From positions 64,232,001-64,296,000 of the forward strand of contig OX597828.1 of assembly GCA_951406725.2 (NCBI GenBank): DNA of 64,000 nt, in the 5' to 3' direction. This DNA comes from Octopus vulgaris. Its lineage: Eukaryota. Positions 1 through 12,790 of this stretch are shown in pieces (the first letter of the stretch is position 1; each line of letters starts with the position of its first letter). Under the pieces are notes generated by a model, which did no database searches, was not told where the DNA came from, and saw only the letters and a list, made by a program, of their open reading frames with translations. Position numbers and translations under genes: made by a program.

Positions 1-50
1 TGAACCCAGAGTCAAGTGGCAGCTAAGCAAGCTTCTTACCACACAGCCAC
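1..50 (-). mobile_element. 5' head of tRNA-derived SINE family A (cut by window edge)
   Basis: Reverse complement reads GTGGCTGTGTGGTAAGAAGCTTGCTT...GGGTTCA, matching the heads at 8804 and 61320. Confidence 0.8.
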
Positions 51-109
51 GCTTTGTGTGTATATGTATCTATGTGCACACACATATTCTACACTCGCAT
101 AAATGTAGA

Positions 110-1222
110 CTCCTATTTCCAATAGCATTGTCAGTCTTTGTGGAGAAGTTGCATAAAATTCTGTAATTATTATTCCCTACCGCAGGCTCTGATTGTGTTC
201 GTACCCCTTTGCTCTCATTTTATCCACGCCCTTGTCTCACATTACTATGCACTCTTTTACTGACACAATCATGGATGTGCTTTTACTCCTTTCATGCTGG
301 CTTACTACTTAAATGTAGCAAAATTTGGCGAATACCTTCGTCCTCTTTTCTACAGATTCTGCGTTGGCTCTCAGACTGAGTCCTATCAATCTTTGTCTTT
401 ATCAAATTATTTCTAATGGATCGTTCCCGTGCAGCAATAATTAGCAGTTGAATTTCTCGTTTGCGGTTTCCATGTCAGCCACAACTAGCGATCTTCATTT
501 CCATTATTTTCGGGTTTTTTCTCTTTTTTTGCATGAATTGCCCCTTCACTTCATACTCTTATTTGTCCTGTCACCTTTCTGTTCTTGAATTATCCTACTA
601 ATTCAGTGCAGTTTTGGATATTTTTGGCTGGAAACAGTATTGTTTTGTTGTTCTTTTTCACTACGCACAACACGGTATTTTTAAACACCAGATCGCAGTA
701 TTAACGGTGTCTTCTGCGTTTAACAAACTGCTTCCCTCATGTCTTGGAGCCTGTCAATATTACTTTTAGGGTGGAGTGTGTCGTGCGTTGTGAACCGATT
801 CTTAGTTCTTCTCCCTAATTCTTGGAGCTCTGTCATTCTCCATTTTACACAAAGAGCAGACTATCTCAGATCTATCTTGGCCAATCCATCGAATGTCTTG
901 TTAACATGACATCCAGTTAGATTTATTCCAAGTACCTTCCTAATCCTTCTATTGTACTCTTTGGGGGGTCTTTCTAATTTCTCTTTCCATTACCTTATCG
1001 CTCTGTAGTACAACCCTTCATTATTTCTCTGTGATCTAATATCATCACGGGATATCTTTATATCATCAAAGTTAATTTTTCGATTTCCTTTCATAATTAA
1101 CTTTACACAATCATGAACTTCAAAGTACACACCGCTTCCCTTGCTAAACGTTCTTACTCTTTGGACAGGAGAATTCAGGTCCAGTAAGGGATTTCGTTTT
1201 TTATACAGTTTCTGGTCATCTA
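110..1222 (-). mobile_element. Decayed R4/Dong-type RLE LINE (RT C-terminus to zinc knuckle)
   Basis: Broken frames give LDDQKLY (YMDD-like), VQRVRTFSKG, LHPKSNIDRL and LIIAAR...KTKIDRTQSESQRRICRKEDE; many stops and frameshifts. Confidence 0.8.
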
Positions 1223-1269
1223 ATATATATATATATATGCAGTTGACCATTTAACATACTACTGTCATG

Positions 1270-1569
1270 GAACTCCTACATTCTTCTTCTTCTTCTTCTT
1301 CTCCTCCCCCTCCTCCTCCTCCCCTACCAAGAATTCACAACGACCTCGAACCCACAAGAGTAAACAAGAGAGACAGAGATAGGCAGAAACAAGGAAAATG
1401 CCACTTGTATTTGAACACGATGCAAATATTCTTTTAAAAAAGCTTTTCTTTTAATTTTTCAAAAATTTAATTGTCTTCCATACTTAGAGTTGAAAAAGTC
1501 TCAATGACTGGAACCGGCACTGAAATGTTTTTTATAAAATTATTTTAGTATTTTCTATCTTGACATTTT

Positions 1570-1572
<3 letters not shown>
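1270..1572 (+). mobile_element. Solo pLTR of the Penelope-like family at 41478-44240
   Basis: Near-identical to 43890-44207 (CCCTACCAAGAATTCACAACGACCTCGAACCCACAAGAG...); (TA)n tracts on both sides; HHR-like motif at 1487-1522. Confidence 0.85.
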
Positions 1573-1621
<49 letters not shown>

Positions 1622-1718
1622 ACAAGAAATTTATTATCACTGCCCTCACCTTTTTTTTTAGAAAGCTCATAGGCAGACCTGGATTTTCTCAATACAGTTC
1701 TTAGAAAGAGATTAAGAC

Positions 1719-1808
<90 letters not shown>

Positions 1809-1809
<1 letters not shown>

Positions 1810-2251
1810 TATGTTTGACTTTTGCTTTATGTCTGTACAAGTTGGCTCCAAGTCTCACCCAGAGACCTCAAGAGACAACAGGCTGGAAGTTCACGTTGTT
1901 GTTATGAATAGTGTGCCATATATTTGGGGGGTTTTTTGGTGTTGTACTAGTGAATGTCTAATACATAAATTTAAAAAAAAATGTTTGTTTTAAACCTTGG
2001 GATTACATAGAGAGTATTTTGCGTAGGATATGAGCAGTTCCCATGAGCACTATCTTCCATTTTGGGGTTTCCTGGTATCTGAGCTAGGTAGCAATCAGCC
2101 CCTTTCGCTATCATTCCCAGGGCACCTATGACAACAGGTATTGTTTTAGTCTTTAGGTTCCACATTTTGCTGATTTCTATTTCAAAATCTTTATATTTGC
2201 TCAGTTTTTTGTAGGTCTTGACAGATACGTTTATATCGATTGGGACAGTCA

Positions 2252-2252
<1 letters not shown>
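1809..2252 (-). mobile_element. 5'-truncated R4/Dong-type LINE: RLE domain plus 3' UTR, inside (TAA)n
   Basis: KLSKYKDFEIEISKMWNLKTKTIPVVIGALGMI is an RLE C-terminal signature; (TAA/TTA)n flanks at 1721-1808 and 2252-2310. Confidence 0.85.
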
Positions 2253-2296
<44 letters not shown>

Positions 2297-2497
2297 CATT
2301 ATTATTATTGTCGTTGTTGTTGTAGACCGATTCTGTGATAATGAAAAAAAAGTGATGTGTTGACATCAACGATATTTCGTTACTCAAACTTTTAGAATCG
2401 ATATTCTGTACCTGAAGAGAACTTCTTGAAGTGGATGGAAACGTAGCCGTAGAGGTGGAAGAAAGAGATGAAGGAAGGAAAGAAACAAGGAAGGAAG

Positions 2498-2538
<41 letters not shown>

Positions 2539-3723
2539 GAGAGAGGGGGGAGAGAGTGAGAGAGAGTGAGAGAAAGAGAGAGAAATAAAGGAAGATATGA
2601 AATGAAGATAGAAGAGGAAGAAGCGGGTGTGTTTGTTTCGAAAGGTATAAAAATGTTTTTGGTTTTGATGTCCAAGATGAGAGACTTGATACGCGAATGG
2701 ATTGTGTATCAAGTATTAAGAATAAGATGTGGTCGGGGAGGAGTGAGGATGAGTGTGGTATAAGGAGAGTGGGAGTGAAGGTGTTGAGTATGAGGAACTT
2801 GAAGTGTGATGTATTGAGTAGTGTAACTGGAATGTGGAGTGTAAAGAGTAAGGAATGTTAAGTGAGGCGTATTGAGTGGAGTGAGGGAGAGTGTGGTATC
2901 AAAGGGGGGAGAGAGTGTGAGTATAGTGCGTGAAAAAGAATGTGGGTGGGGTGTCTCAAGTAGGACTGACAAGTGAAGTATAGCATGTGAAGTGTGAGGA
3001 GTAATGCGATGAGAGTGGAGCTTAAGAGAGTGGAGTGCAGAGTGTGGGGGTGAAGGTAAAGAGAGTGGGGTCCAGAATATGGTGAGCAAAACTGCTGCAG
3101 ACAGACCTAGCCCTAACGAGAACAGCATGGAACTACGGTGTCTGTGCAACAGGCAGACTTACCAGCATCAAAGGGAAAAAAGGTATTCTGTCGGCCATAG
3201 TTGTTAGTGATATCACTGTAGCAAATAGTTGGATCAAGAGTTGTTATGACGACACCATCACCCTGCTGTTCATTCTGCTGCTACTGCTACTGCTGCTGCT
3301 GCTGCTGCTGAAGACATCCTAGATTCAATGGTACCGTCTAAAAATCTCTCTCTGTGTAGCAGCTATATTCGCATTACATCACCACCATCCCCGTCACCGC
3401 TATCACCTTTACTAACTTCAACAACACTGTCGTCAAAAAGGAGCAGCGAAATGCTAGAAATACTAGTAACAGCTCTCGTAAATAGCTCCATGCAAGGTTT
3501 AAAACAGAAAGATGCCATTGAATGATATATTCTCAAAAATAGTATGTCTGAAATTATATAGATAGCAAAGTCATGGCTGGAACGACTTTGGCCACAAGTT
3601 TGCCTGATTTACTTAGATCGGGTGCAACTCGACGTTCTAAATTCAACAACACAAGAAATCGTACAGAGAAAACGAAGAGGACACGTTGACAACATGCGTG
3701 ACCAGTTATTTCTCTCAGCTCAT

Positions 3724-3763
<40 letters not shown>

Positions 3764-4355
3764 TGTGTGTGTGTGTTTATACACACACACACATACTCAT
3801 ATATTGGTATACGCACGCAATATGAATTACATGTACATTCTTAATGCGATCCGGCTGAGTCGAATGGGAATGTATTAATCGTTGTTGTATTTTGTCATTA
3901 GAGAACAACCTCTTTCAGTGCAAACTCGATTCGTTTGCTTAAGGAGTCTTTGGAACAGTCAGTGTTTCGATGTCGTTTTGTCGCCTCAGTCAGAGCCATC
4001 GAGGAAATAATGAATTTAACAAGAGTTTGTGCCCTCATTTATAAATTGAACAAACATGCCTGTTGATCATAAATCAACCAATAATAAATTGTCGTTTGCA
4101 CAGTGAACTGGCAAAATCAAAACAATGACTTACGTATAGTCTTCAGTACATTCCAACGGATTCGAACGTGAATATGCTAATCGCTGTTATGCTTCCTCAT
4201 TACAGAACTTCTTCATTCAGAAGAATGCGTGTTCATAGCTAGCACGCACATATGTACACATGCGTATATTAGGTAACAGGTTGACTTATTTCCTCATAAT
4301 TCCTAACGTTTCACTGACATTAACACGCGTCCATTTCTTCAGACATTCGGAAGCA

Positions 4356-4357
<2 letters not shown>

Positions 4358-4447
<90 letters not shown>

Positions 4448-4458
4448 CATCCATCAAT

Positions 4459-4511
<53 letters not shown>
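4358..4511. repeat. Compound (TATC)n-(TA)n microsatellite
   Basis: Seen directly. Confidence 0.95.
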
Positions 4512-4516
<5 letters not shown>

Positions 4517-4781
4517 TTCAGGGATCGAGGTGCAGGAAGTTAGCTTAATGGATATAAAATAGTAGTAAAAAAAAAAACTTTCAGGGACAATAATAGTTTG
4601 AGACGGAAGGTTGAGGATTTTTTTTTGTATCAAAGAGCGATAAGCTGAAAAACCTGTCTTTTTACATTCCACGGTGTATTCCATTCCATAACTCTTGTAT
4701 ATATGTGTGTGTGTGTAGAAAGAGAGAGAGAGAGAGGGGTGAATTTGGATGGATGGTTTGATAGATAAGTGTACACATATA

Positions 4782-4846
<65 letters not shown>

Positions 4847-4978
4847 GGGTTTATCATCGTTCTATATATGTATCTTTATACGTATCAGAAAAGCTATATA
4901 TTTATGTGGAATGTATATATTCCCCTGCATTTATATACATATTTTCATATATATGTATGTGAGTGTACTAATATATTG

Positions 4979-5035
<57 letters not shown>

Positions 5036-5234
5036 GCAACGTGAACTAAGAAAACTAATACCGAAATACATTAATTCTAACATAAACACAGAGACACGAA
5101 AGATGTAACGAGGTATATACAGAAACGAACGCATGTTTGGGTGTATATGGATATATCTGTATGTATGCATACATATATGCATGTATGGAAGTATATATAT
5201 ATATATATATACACACATATATATATACACACAC

Positions 5235-5276
<42 letters not shown>

Positions 5277-5541
5277 CAACTACAGTTGCACTGTGCAGGA
5301 ACAGTTCTGCATTCTTAGAAAAAAGTGGTGCACACATCTCAAGAACATGTAAGTTATAATAATAATAATGATGATGATGATGATAATAATAATAATCACC
5401 GTTATCGTCATCATCATTATTATTTTAAACAACAGACCTCTCTATAAACTGATTGAAATGTGCATATATATGATTATATCTATATCTATCTATCTATCTA
5501 TCTATCTATATATATATATATATATATATATACGCATATAT

Positions 5542-5602
<61 letters not shown>

Positions 5603-6233
5603 GATATGTATATACATATGATGTGTATATATAATATGTATTTACATTAATATATATATATATATATATATACATATATATGTAGGTCCCGGGTTGAGTC
5701 GGGGTTAACCACAGTAAATAAGGTACTCAATACATAGCAGAGTAAATTAATATAAAATAAATATATACATATATATATATATTTCATATTCATACATATG
5801 AGAGACACCAGGCAGCTGCAGAAGGCATTAAGCCTGTCCATGTAGTATTAAGCAGTAATATGAAAGTATGTAGGAGATTAGGCAAATGTGTCAGGTAGAC
5901 TAAGAAGAGGCAAATTAATTAACGCTCAAAGCATTAAGGTAGCTTTAGAGGCTGAAACCTGAGAATTAAAACAGGAGTAGCGAATACCTTGGAGTAAATG
6001 AAACCAATACGATATAATATACAGAAATGAAGAAGAACTTTAGAGTACTGATGGAGAAGCATACTAATATTAAAAGTGTTACCAATGCCAGAGCTAATGT
6101 GTGTAACTATACTAGCTCTACACGTCATTTTTACAGCTTCGGCATACTTGGAAGAAGTGAAATTAACTGAAGAACCTAGATTGAATGCCACTCACTGCAT
6201 TTAGAAGTTATCGTCCTAAATTTGGCATGGTGT

Positions 6234-6285
<52 letters not shown>

Positions 6286-6299
6286 ATTATAACTTAGAT

Positions 6300-6890
6300 A
6301 TGTTTCGACCAAAGATTGGTCAAGGCCGTGTCTAATGTAATAGCATCACCTGATAGGATTAGCTAAATCCTTTTTGAATCATGGTTTTTGGTATCATGGT
6401 TCATTCGAGTTAGGAGTTCTTGTTGAGAGAGTTCTATCCAGGTATAGGTGGCTTATCTGGTATTCCTTGAAGAAATTTGTCCAGATTTCGTTTAAAGGTG
6501 ATAGGGTTCTTTTCCTATGACCTGTTTCGGGACAATGTTAAATAGGGCAGGGCCTGTTGAGGAAAAGAAATTGTGTTGCAGTGTATTTATGTGTTGCGAT
6601 CCCGAATTGGGTAGGGGACGTATGACTCATGGTCCTAGCGTTGGATGAATTCCGAAACTAATATTGCGGTCGCTTGGACAATGCTGGTGGTATATTCTCC
6701 ACATCGTGCAAATGATGTATCGCTCACAACGGCGCTGGAGAGAATAGAGTTTCAATGCTTTTAAGGCTGTCCCAATAATCGAGATCAGTCATACCTCTAA
6801 TATTTTTTTGGTGAATGATCTCTGGGGGGATTCAATTTTCGTAGTGTTTTGTTTTGTATGGGGAGACCATAGGGGGCAGCAGTATTCGAA
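6300..6890 (-). mobile_element. 3' fragment of a CR1/Jockey-group LINE
   Basis: EYCCPLWSPHTKQNTTKIESPQRSFTK...LYSLQRRCERYII...GPALFNIVPK, with frameshifts. Confidence 0.75.
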
Positions 6891-6981
6891 AAAGAACACA
6901 CAGACAGACAGATACACACACAGACGCGCATATATGCATTTATGTGTGAGCGTATATATATATGTTTCATTCCATAACGGA

Positions 6982-7061
6982 TACCTCTGAAGAGCAGAGA
7001 TACATAGACAGACTGTTACCTAACACTTCGTTAAACCCGTAGTGCGAAACCGGTTAAGATG
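6982..7061 (+). ncRNA. Degenerate hammerhead-like motif in a short element between (TA)n tracts
   Basis: CTGAAGA-GCA...TGC-GAAAC-CG-GTT; stem I pairs poorly. Confidence 0.4.
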
Positions 7062-7093
7062 GGCCGCAATGAATATATAATACTGTACATTTC

Positions 7094-7142
<49 letters not shown>

Positions 7143-8656
7143 TGAGCTCTACGAGATAGAAGTCGGAAATGGGTTCTATTACAAAAAGCTATGATCGTGA
7201 AATGCTTTCTTTTCAGGCAAAGAATAAAGACCATTGAACACCTATTCAGCCAAATATGTAAAATTTAGAATACTGCTGTGCACGGTTGCTGAAGTATTGT
7301 TTCCTTGTTATTGTTCCCAGGCTGGGACTGGTGCAAGCATTGTCACGTACCGAGATAATCGTTGGAGTCACGCCTCTTTATCTTAATCCCTGTCGTCATC
7401 ATGATACGAAACCACTAAACTGCATACTGGTTATTCGGATTACCTACAAACCCTAACGGAAGTAAGAATATCTCTCAAAACTTGTAGAATGTTCAGTCCT
7501 AGCTTTTACTTCGCAACAGAGCAGGGTTTGCCCCTACCAATACATAATACTGATGCGATCGAGGTGTTCTAATTTACAGGTTATTCCGTAAGGCAACGGA
7601 CACTTGTCCCCTGTAATTGGATTCCCAAGAGTGAGTTTCCAGCCAACATGAGTCCCGTGTTTGGGTGGTATTTGAATCCACTCGGCAAAAAGTTCAGCAA
7701 ATAAAACATTTTGTCTAACATCCGCCGATCCGTCACCCAAGTACCTTGGAACTTGAATTTATTGGCCCCAATAGAAATAAAGTGCTGAGTTGGCCCCAGC
7801 TGGATTTGAACTTAGTGCGTAGACTACCGGAATAAATACTGCATGGCTTTTCTCCCTGACAGCCGAACAAATTTGCCAATGTGCTGCCGTTCCTTTATCA
7901 TGTAGATTGGAGATATAAAGTCAAGGTTTTAAAGTCAATATAAAACATCATGTAAGGGTATATTCTTCAAATTTAATCTGTAAGTGGAAGAGTGTAAGAT
8001 TTTTCTAAAACCTGATCACGTGTCTCTGTTGTTTTTCATGTATAAATTATAATTATGGTAAATAGTAAACGATTTTATCTAAATTTTAACAAACAGGTCG
8101 TTGGTTCTAAAAGAAGGTGGATTCGAGATAATCCTGAGAAAAGATTTCAAACAGTTTCATTCTTTAATAAGGAACATATATATGGTTGCCTGACCTGCAA
8201 GAGATAGCAGCCAAAAGTTCTCGAAATCATATTGACTCAAAGGCATAAAATGTCTTTGATCTTAGGTTTTTTAAAGCAAGGTTGCCCTGGGGTTTAACAA
8301 GAACTAGAACAATAATAAACAAAGAAATAAAGAAACTCATAACCACACATATAGATATCAGCCTAAACATACACGCACATGCACAAAAGGATGTATACAC
8401 ATATACACACCAAAGCATACATACACGTATTCATATATACAGATGTACATACATTCATACAAGTACATCCAGATACATGCATTCATGCACACGCAAAAAT
8501 TTGCTGCTCTGCGGATGTAAATCAGCCGCCATTAACATTTCTCAAATGTCACTAAAGAAATAATATAAATATTTACACCTTTCATTCTCTTTCCTCAAAC
8601 CAGTCCTCTTACGAAATCCGCTATTTCACCCCCACTCCGTCTGTGTGCTCTTTAAG

Positions 8657-8760
<104 letters not shown>

Positions 8761-8803
8761 TCCCTATTAGGGAATGAGACTGAAATGTTTTGTCAGGATT
8801 TAT

Positions 8804-8969
8804 GTGTGGCTGTGTGGTAAGAAACTTGCTTCTCAACGACATGGTTTACGGTTCAGTCCCACTGCGTGGTACCTTGGGCAAGTATCTTCTTCTATAGCCT
8901 CGAGCCGACCAAAACCTTGTAAGTGGATTTGGCAGACGGAAACTGAAAGAAGTATGTCGTATATATGAG

Positions 8970-9021
<52 letters not shown>

Positions 9022-9279
9022 CGTGCCTTTGTGTATGTGTGTGTGTGTGTGTGCGTGCGTATGTATATGTTTCGGTGTCTGTGTTTGTCCTGCCACCATC
9101 GCTTGACAACCGATGTTGGTGTGTTTACGTCCACGTAACTTAGCGATTCGGCCAAAGAGTTTACTAGAATAAGTATCAAGCTTACAAAGAGTAAGTCCTG
9201 GGGATCAATTTGTTTGACTAAAGGCAGTGCTCCAGCATGGCCGCAGTTAAATGACTGAAACAAGTAAAACAATAAAAGA

Positions 9280-9280
<1 letters not shown>
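8804..9280 (+). mobile_element. Full-length tRNA-derived SINE family A (CORE-like middle, internal (TG)n)
   Basis: A-box TGGCTGTGTGG, B-box GGTTCAGTCCC, CCTTGGGCAAGT core, A-rich tail; colinear with 61320-61734 and 45592-45982. Confidence 0.85.
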
Positions 9281-9310
<30 letters not shown>

Positions 9311-9366
9311 CGCGTGTATGTGCATTCATATATTTAAGTATTGTGTGCGTGTCTGTATATTGTATC

Positions 9367-9430
<64 letters not shown>

Positions 9431-9437
<7 letters not shown>

Positions 9438-9785
9438 AGTGAATTGAAGAAATGGAGTTGAACGAAGATTGAACAGAAATCGTTTTATTTCATTCTACAC
9501 GTGTTTCGAAAGGCACAATTTACCAAATTCGGAATTTGGTAAATTGTGCCTTTCGAAACACGCGTAGAATGAAATAAAACGATTTCTGTTCAATCTTCGT
9601 TCAACTCCATTTCTTCAATTCACTAATAATATTAAAATTCAATTATCCGCACCAACGCACGGTTGCAACACCATATGGTTGTACCTCCAACCGTGCTGTC
9701 TTCTGCTGTGATTTTTGCTACCAAGGTATCGGTTAAACTTTTGATTAATCTGCAACAAGATTATTCATCTTTCTATTTCACATAA
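9431..9785 (+). mobile_element. Fold-back element: 100-bp-arm palindrome plus ~150-bp tail, in (TA)n; Penelope-pLTR-like
   Basis: 9431-9530 is the reverse complement of 9532-9631 (one mismatch); carries the 3' half of an HHR (GAAAC-ACGC-GTA); related to 29086-29360. Confidence 0.75.
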
Positions 9786-9908
9786 TATATATATATATAT
9801 ATATAAAGTTAATCCAAACAAGAAAGCACAAAAAAAAACCTTAACAACGCGAGGACGTGGAACAAATATAGTATTATTGGACGCTCAGGAAAGAAGGAAA
9901 GAAGGAGG

Positions 9909-9943
9909 GTTTAACGTTTCGAGCGGAGCTCTTCGTCGGAAAC
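9909..9943 (-). ncRNA. Minimal hammerhead-like motif (CCGACGA core)
   Basis: Minus strand: GTTT-CCGACGA-A-GAGC-tcc-GCTC-GAAACGTT-AAAC; stems I and II perfect; lies in a short element 9805-10010. Confidence 0.6.
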
Positions 9944-10037
9944 ATAGGAGAAGGAAAGATCCAGAGAAGGGAAGACAGAGGAAAAAAAATTGCCAACGGT
10001 ACACACGGTGTGTGTTATGGTTTTCTCTAATTACTTT

Positions 10038-10092
10038 TATCGTCTGATGATTATTTAGGCCTCAATGAAATATGAAACTTGAAGTAACGATA
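10038..10092 (+). ncRNA. Type I hammerhead ribozyme, canonical core
   Basis: TATCGT-CTGATGA-tTATTT...AAATAt-GAAAC-TTGAA-GTA-ACGATA; 6-bp perfect stem I; GUA cleavage triplet at 10084-10086. Confidence 0.7.
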
Positions 10093-10227
10093 TCTTAATC
10101 CATAATGAACAAAATTGTTTCACAGCATATGAATACATAGGAAGGTAGATATTGATATGTATGCGTGCATGAATATATATGAATATAGACGCTCATATAT
10201 ACGTGTGTGTGTGTGTATGTATGTATG

Positions 10228-10267
<40 letters not shown>

Positions 10268-10629
10268 TATATACATATATATATATACGTGTGTGTGTGT
10301 GCTAATACACAAGGACAAACATATTTAACTATCTCTCTGCAGACTCTGCTATTAATTTCATCATTCCATCACCATTACCAAAGCACTAACACTCATACCT
10401 CCACACACCACCTCTACTTTAACCACCACCGCCAATAATAAGGACCACAACAACCACAATACCAACTATGACACGCCATGTATTTGGTCACTTTTAGCCA
10501 TTTTAAACCAAAAAGGAAACGGGAGGACACGAGTGGAACGCCTTTAATCGTAGGTACGTTGGGATACGGTATAGGGTTAACCTGTGGTCTAGTAATGATA
10601 ACGATGATAATGATAAAAATAACAATAAT

Positions 10630-11008
10630 AATAAGTTTCAAATTTTGACACAAGGCCAGAAATAATATTTTTCAACTGGTATGTTCTTTTATCGACCCCG
10701 AAAGAGGGAAAAGCAAAGCCAACCTCGGTGGAATTTGAACTCAGAGTGTAAATACAGACGAAATGCTGATAAGAGATCTGTCCGGTGCGCCAACGGTGGC
10801 GTCTGACAGAATCGATAGCACGCCGGACAAAATGCATATCGGCATTTCGTCCGTCTTTACGTCCCAAATTCGAAGTCGGCTTTGCTTTTCATCCTCTCTG
10901 GCTCGATAGAATAAGTACTGGTGAAGTACAGAGCTCGGTCTTATCGTATCGTTCCTTCCACCAAAATTTCAAGTTTTGTGTCTCTGGTAGAAAGGTATAT
11001 TATTATTG
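10630..11008. mobile_element. Two divergent (head-to-head) copies of SINE family B (Nin/Deu-domain-like, (TTA)n tail)
   Basis: Minus copy ~10630-10790 and plus copy ~10793-11008; both carry GAAATGC...TTTGCTTTTCATCCT...TCGATA...AGTAC. Confidence 0.7.
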
Positions 11009-11404
11009 AGTGAGATAGCAACACATGCAATCAAAGTGACCCTGGAGTACTAATGTACGAAGTCCAATATACCCCCCATAACTACCCGTATGATAAGCGT
11101 AGAGCAGTTACATGCGTCATAACCGTATGTGTGCTACATGGTGACCTTATATCAAGATAAACAGCGCATGACTTTGCAGGTGGGGCCCAGTTAGAATCTT
11201 ATTCAGGACGAGTAGTCCATTCCGCTCAAAAGGTCCGAGTAAGGGTTGTTTAAGGAGGATGAACGAAATACCCATCTTTCAGGATGTGAATTCGTAAAAC
11301 CCCAAAGAATTCCTCTCAACTGGTCAAGGGCAAGGAACTGCACAAGCAAATCTGCTGCATTGAGTAGAATATTTGCTGTAGGCCATCTTTTATACCAACG
11401 CCTG

Positions 11405-11579
11405 CACACCGGGCAAAAGGCTTAACGGCATTTCACGTTCTGAGTTCAAATTCCGCCGAGATCAACTTTGCCTCTCATCCTTTCGTGGTCGATAAATTAA
11501 GTACCAGCTACGCACTGGGGTAATCGACTAGTTCCTTACCCCAAAATTTCAGGACTTGTGCCTATAGTAGAAATGATCA

Positions 11580-11610
<31 letters not shown>
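11405..11610 (+). mobile_element. SINE family B with (TTA)n tail
   Basis: GTTCTGAGTTCAAATTCCGCCGAG (B-box), CTTTGCCTCTCATCCTTTCGTGGTCGATAAATTAAGTACCAG, then GTGCCTATAGTAGAAA and (TTA)n. Confidence 0.8.
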
Positions 11611-11614
<4 letters not shown>

Positions 11615-11667
11615 GTTGTTGTTGTTGTTGTTGTTGCTGTTGTTGTTGTTGTTCTTGTTGTTGTTGT

Positions 11668-12790
11668 AATACCGATTTTTGCAATACACCTAGATTGTAG
11701 GGTATTTCTAAAGTTTTCAGATGTTTCTTCAGGTTGGGTGGTATTGAGCCTAATACTCCGGTGACAATAGGGACAACCTTTATATTTGACTCTCGTAGTT
11801 GCCACATCTTGGCAATCTCAATTCTCAGGTCTCCATATTTATCAATCTTTTCTCTTTCATGACAATATGTTGATCTCCTGGTACTGCCACGTCGATTATT
11901 AGGCACTCTTGTTTGTCCCTCCTAAAGGTTACTATATCTGGCTTTCGGTGCTCTAACGCCTTATCTTTCTGGAAGTCAAAGTCCCAGAGAATTTTTGCCT
12001 TCCCCTTTTCGTCCATTACCTTTTCGAGTGTATGTTGGTATCAAACACTCGTTACTTTATATCCATCCTTCCTGGATTATAGCCATTGTAGGTTTTGGGC
12101 TAACTTGTCGTGTCTGCGCTTGTAATCTTTCTGCGCAAGACTTTCACAAGCACTAACAATGTGAGTCACGCTTTCGACCCTCTTCCCACACATTCTGCAG
12201 AGATTCGTTGCACTTGTGTGGTATATATATATCTTTTCACTGAGTTGGTGTTCTGTGCCTGATCCTAGGCAGCGATGATGAGGCTTTCAGTATTCTTTTC
12301 TAGGTCACCCTTGCTGAGCCTCCATGATGCTTCCCGGTCTTTTAATTTGTTAGTTTCATGGAACTGACCCATGCAATTCCATGCGGAGTAGAGTTTCTTC
12401 TCTCTCGCTAGCAATTCGTGATCGGAATTCATTAGCCCCCTCAACTCCACTGTTGGTAAATCCTTCTGCACTAGCAGCATACTGTAGCAGGTCTTGTTTG
12501 CTGTTTACCAAATATTCTGCCATGTTTTCTTTTTCTTTCACTGTTAATGCACTCCCGTACACTAATCAGCCAACGTCCACCTTTACACTTCTTCATGTGG
12601 AGCCTGTGTATGTTCCCCTTGGAGTAGAGGGCACCATGCATTGTCATTGTCTTTCGGGTTGTGCGATTGAATTGGCTAATCTTTCTCGGCTAATGGCGTA
12701 CATTGACTGATAATATGCCATACGGTCATCCATAGCCATCTTTTTTCTCTGTCTGTCTCATCTTCAACATCCCTATGAAATTGACCATGA
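11668..12790 (-). mobile_element. Decayed R4/Dong-type RLE LINE (zinc knuckle plus PD-(D/E)xK endonuclease)
   Basis: NTESLIIAA; KILWDFDFQKDKALEHRKPDIV...LIIDVAVPGD; EKIDKYGDLRIEIAKMW...KVVPIVTGVLGSIP; (TTA/TTG)n flanks on both sides. Confidence 0.9.

Noticed and set aside
2408-2456. CTGAAGA...GAAAC...GTA as a hammerhead
   Set aside because: No stem I pairing and stem II does not abut the core.
2709-3149. 146-aa ORF with signal-peptide-like MLFSLGLGLSAAVLL
   Set aside because: The rest is low-complexity antisense of a GA/GT-rich tract; no recognisable domain.
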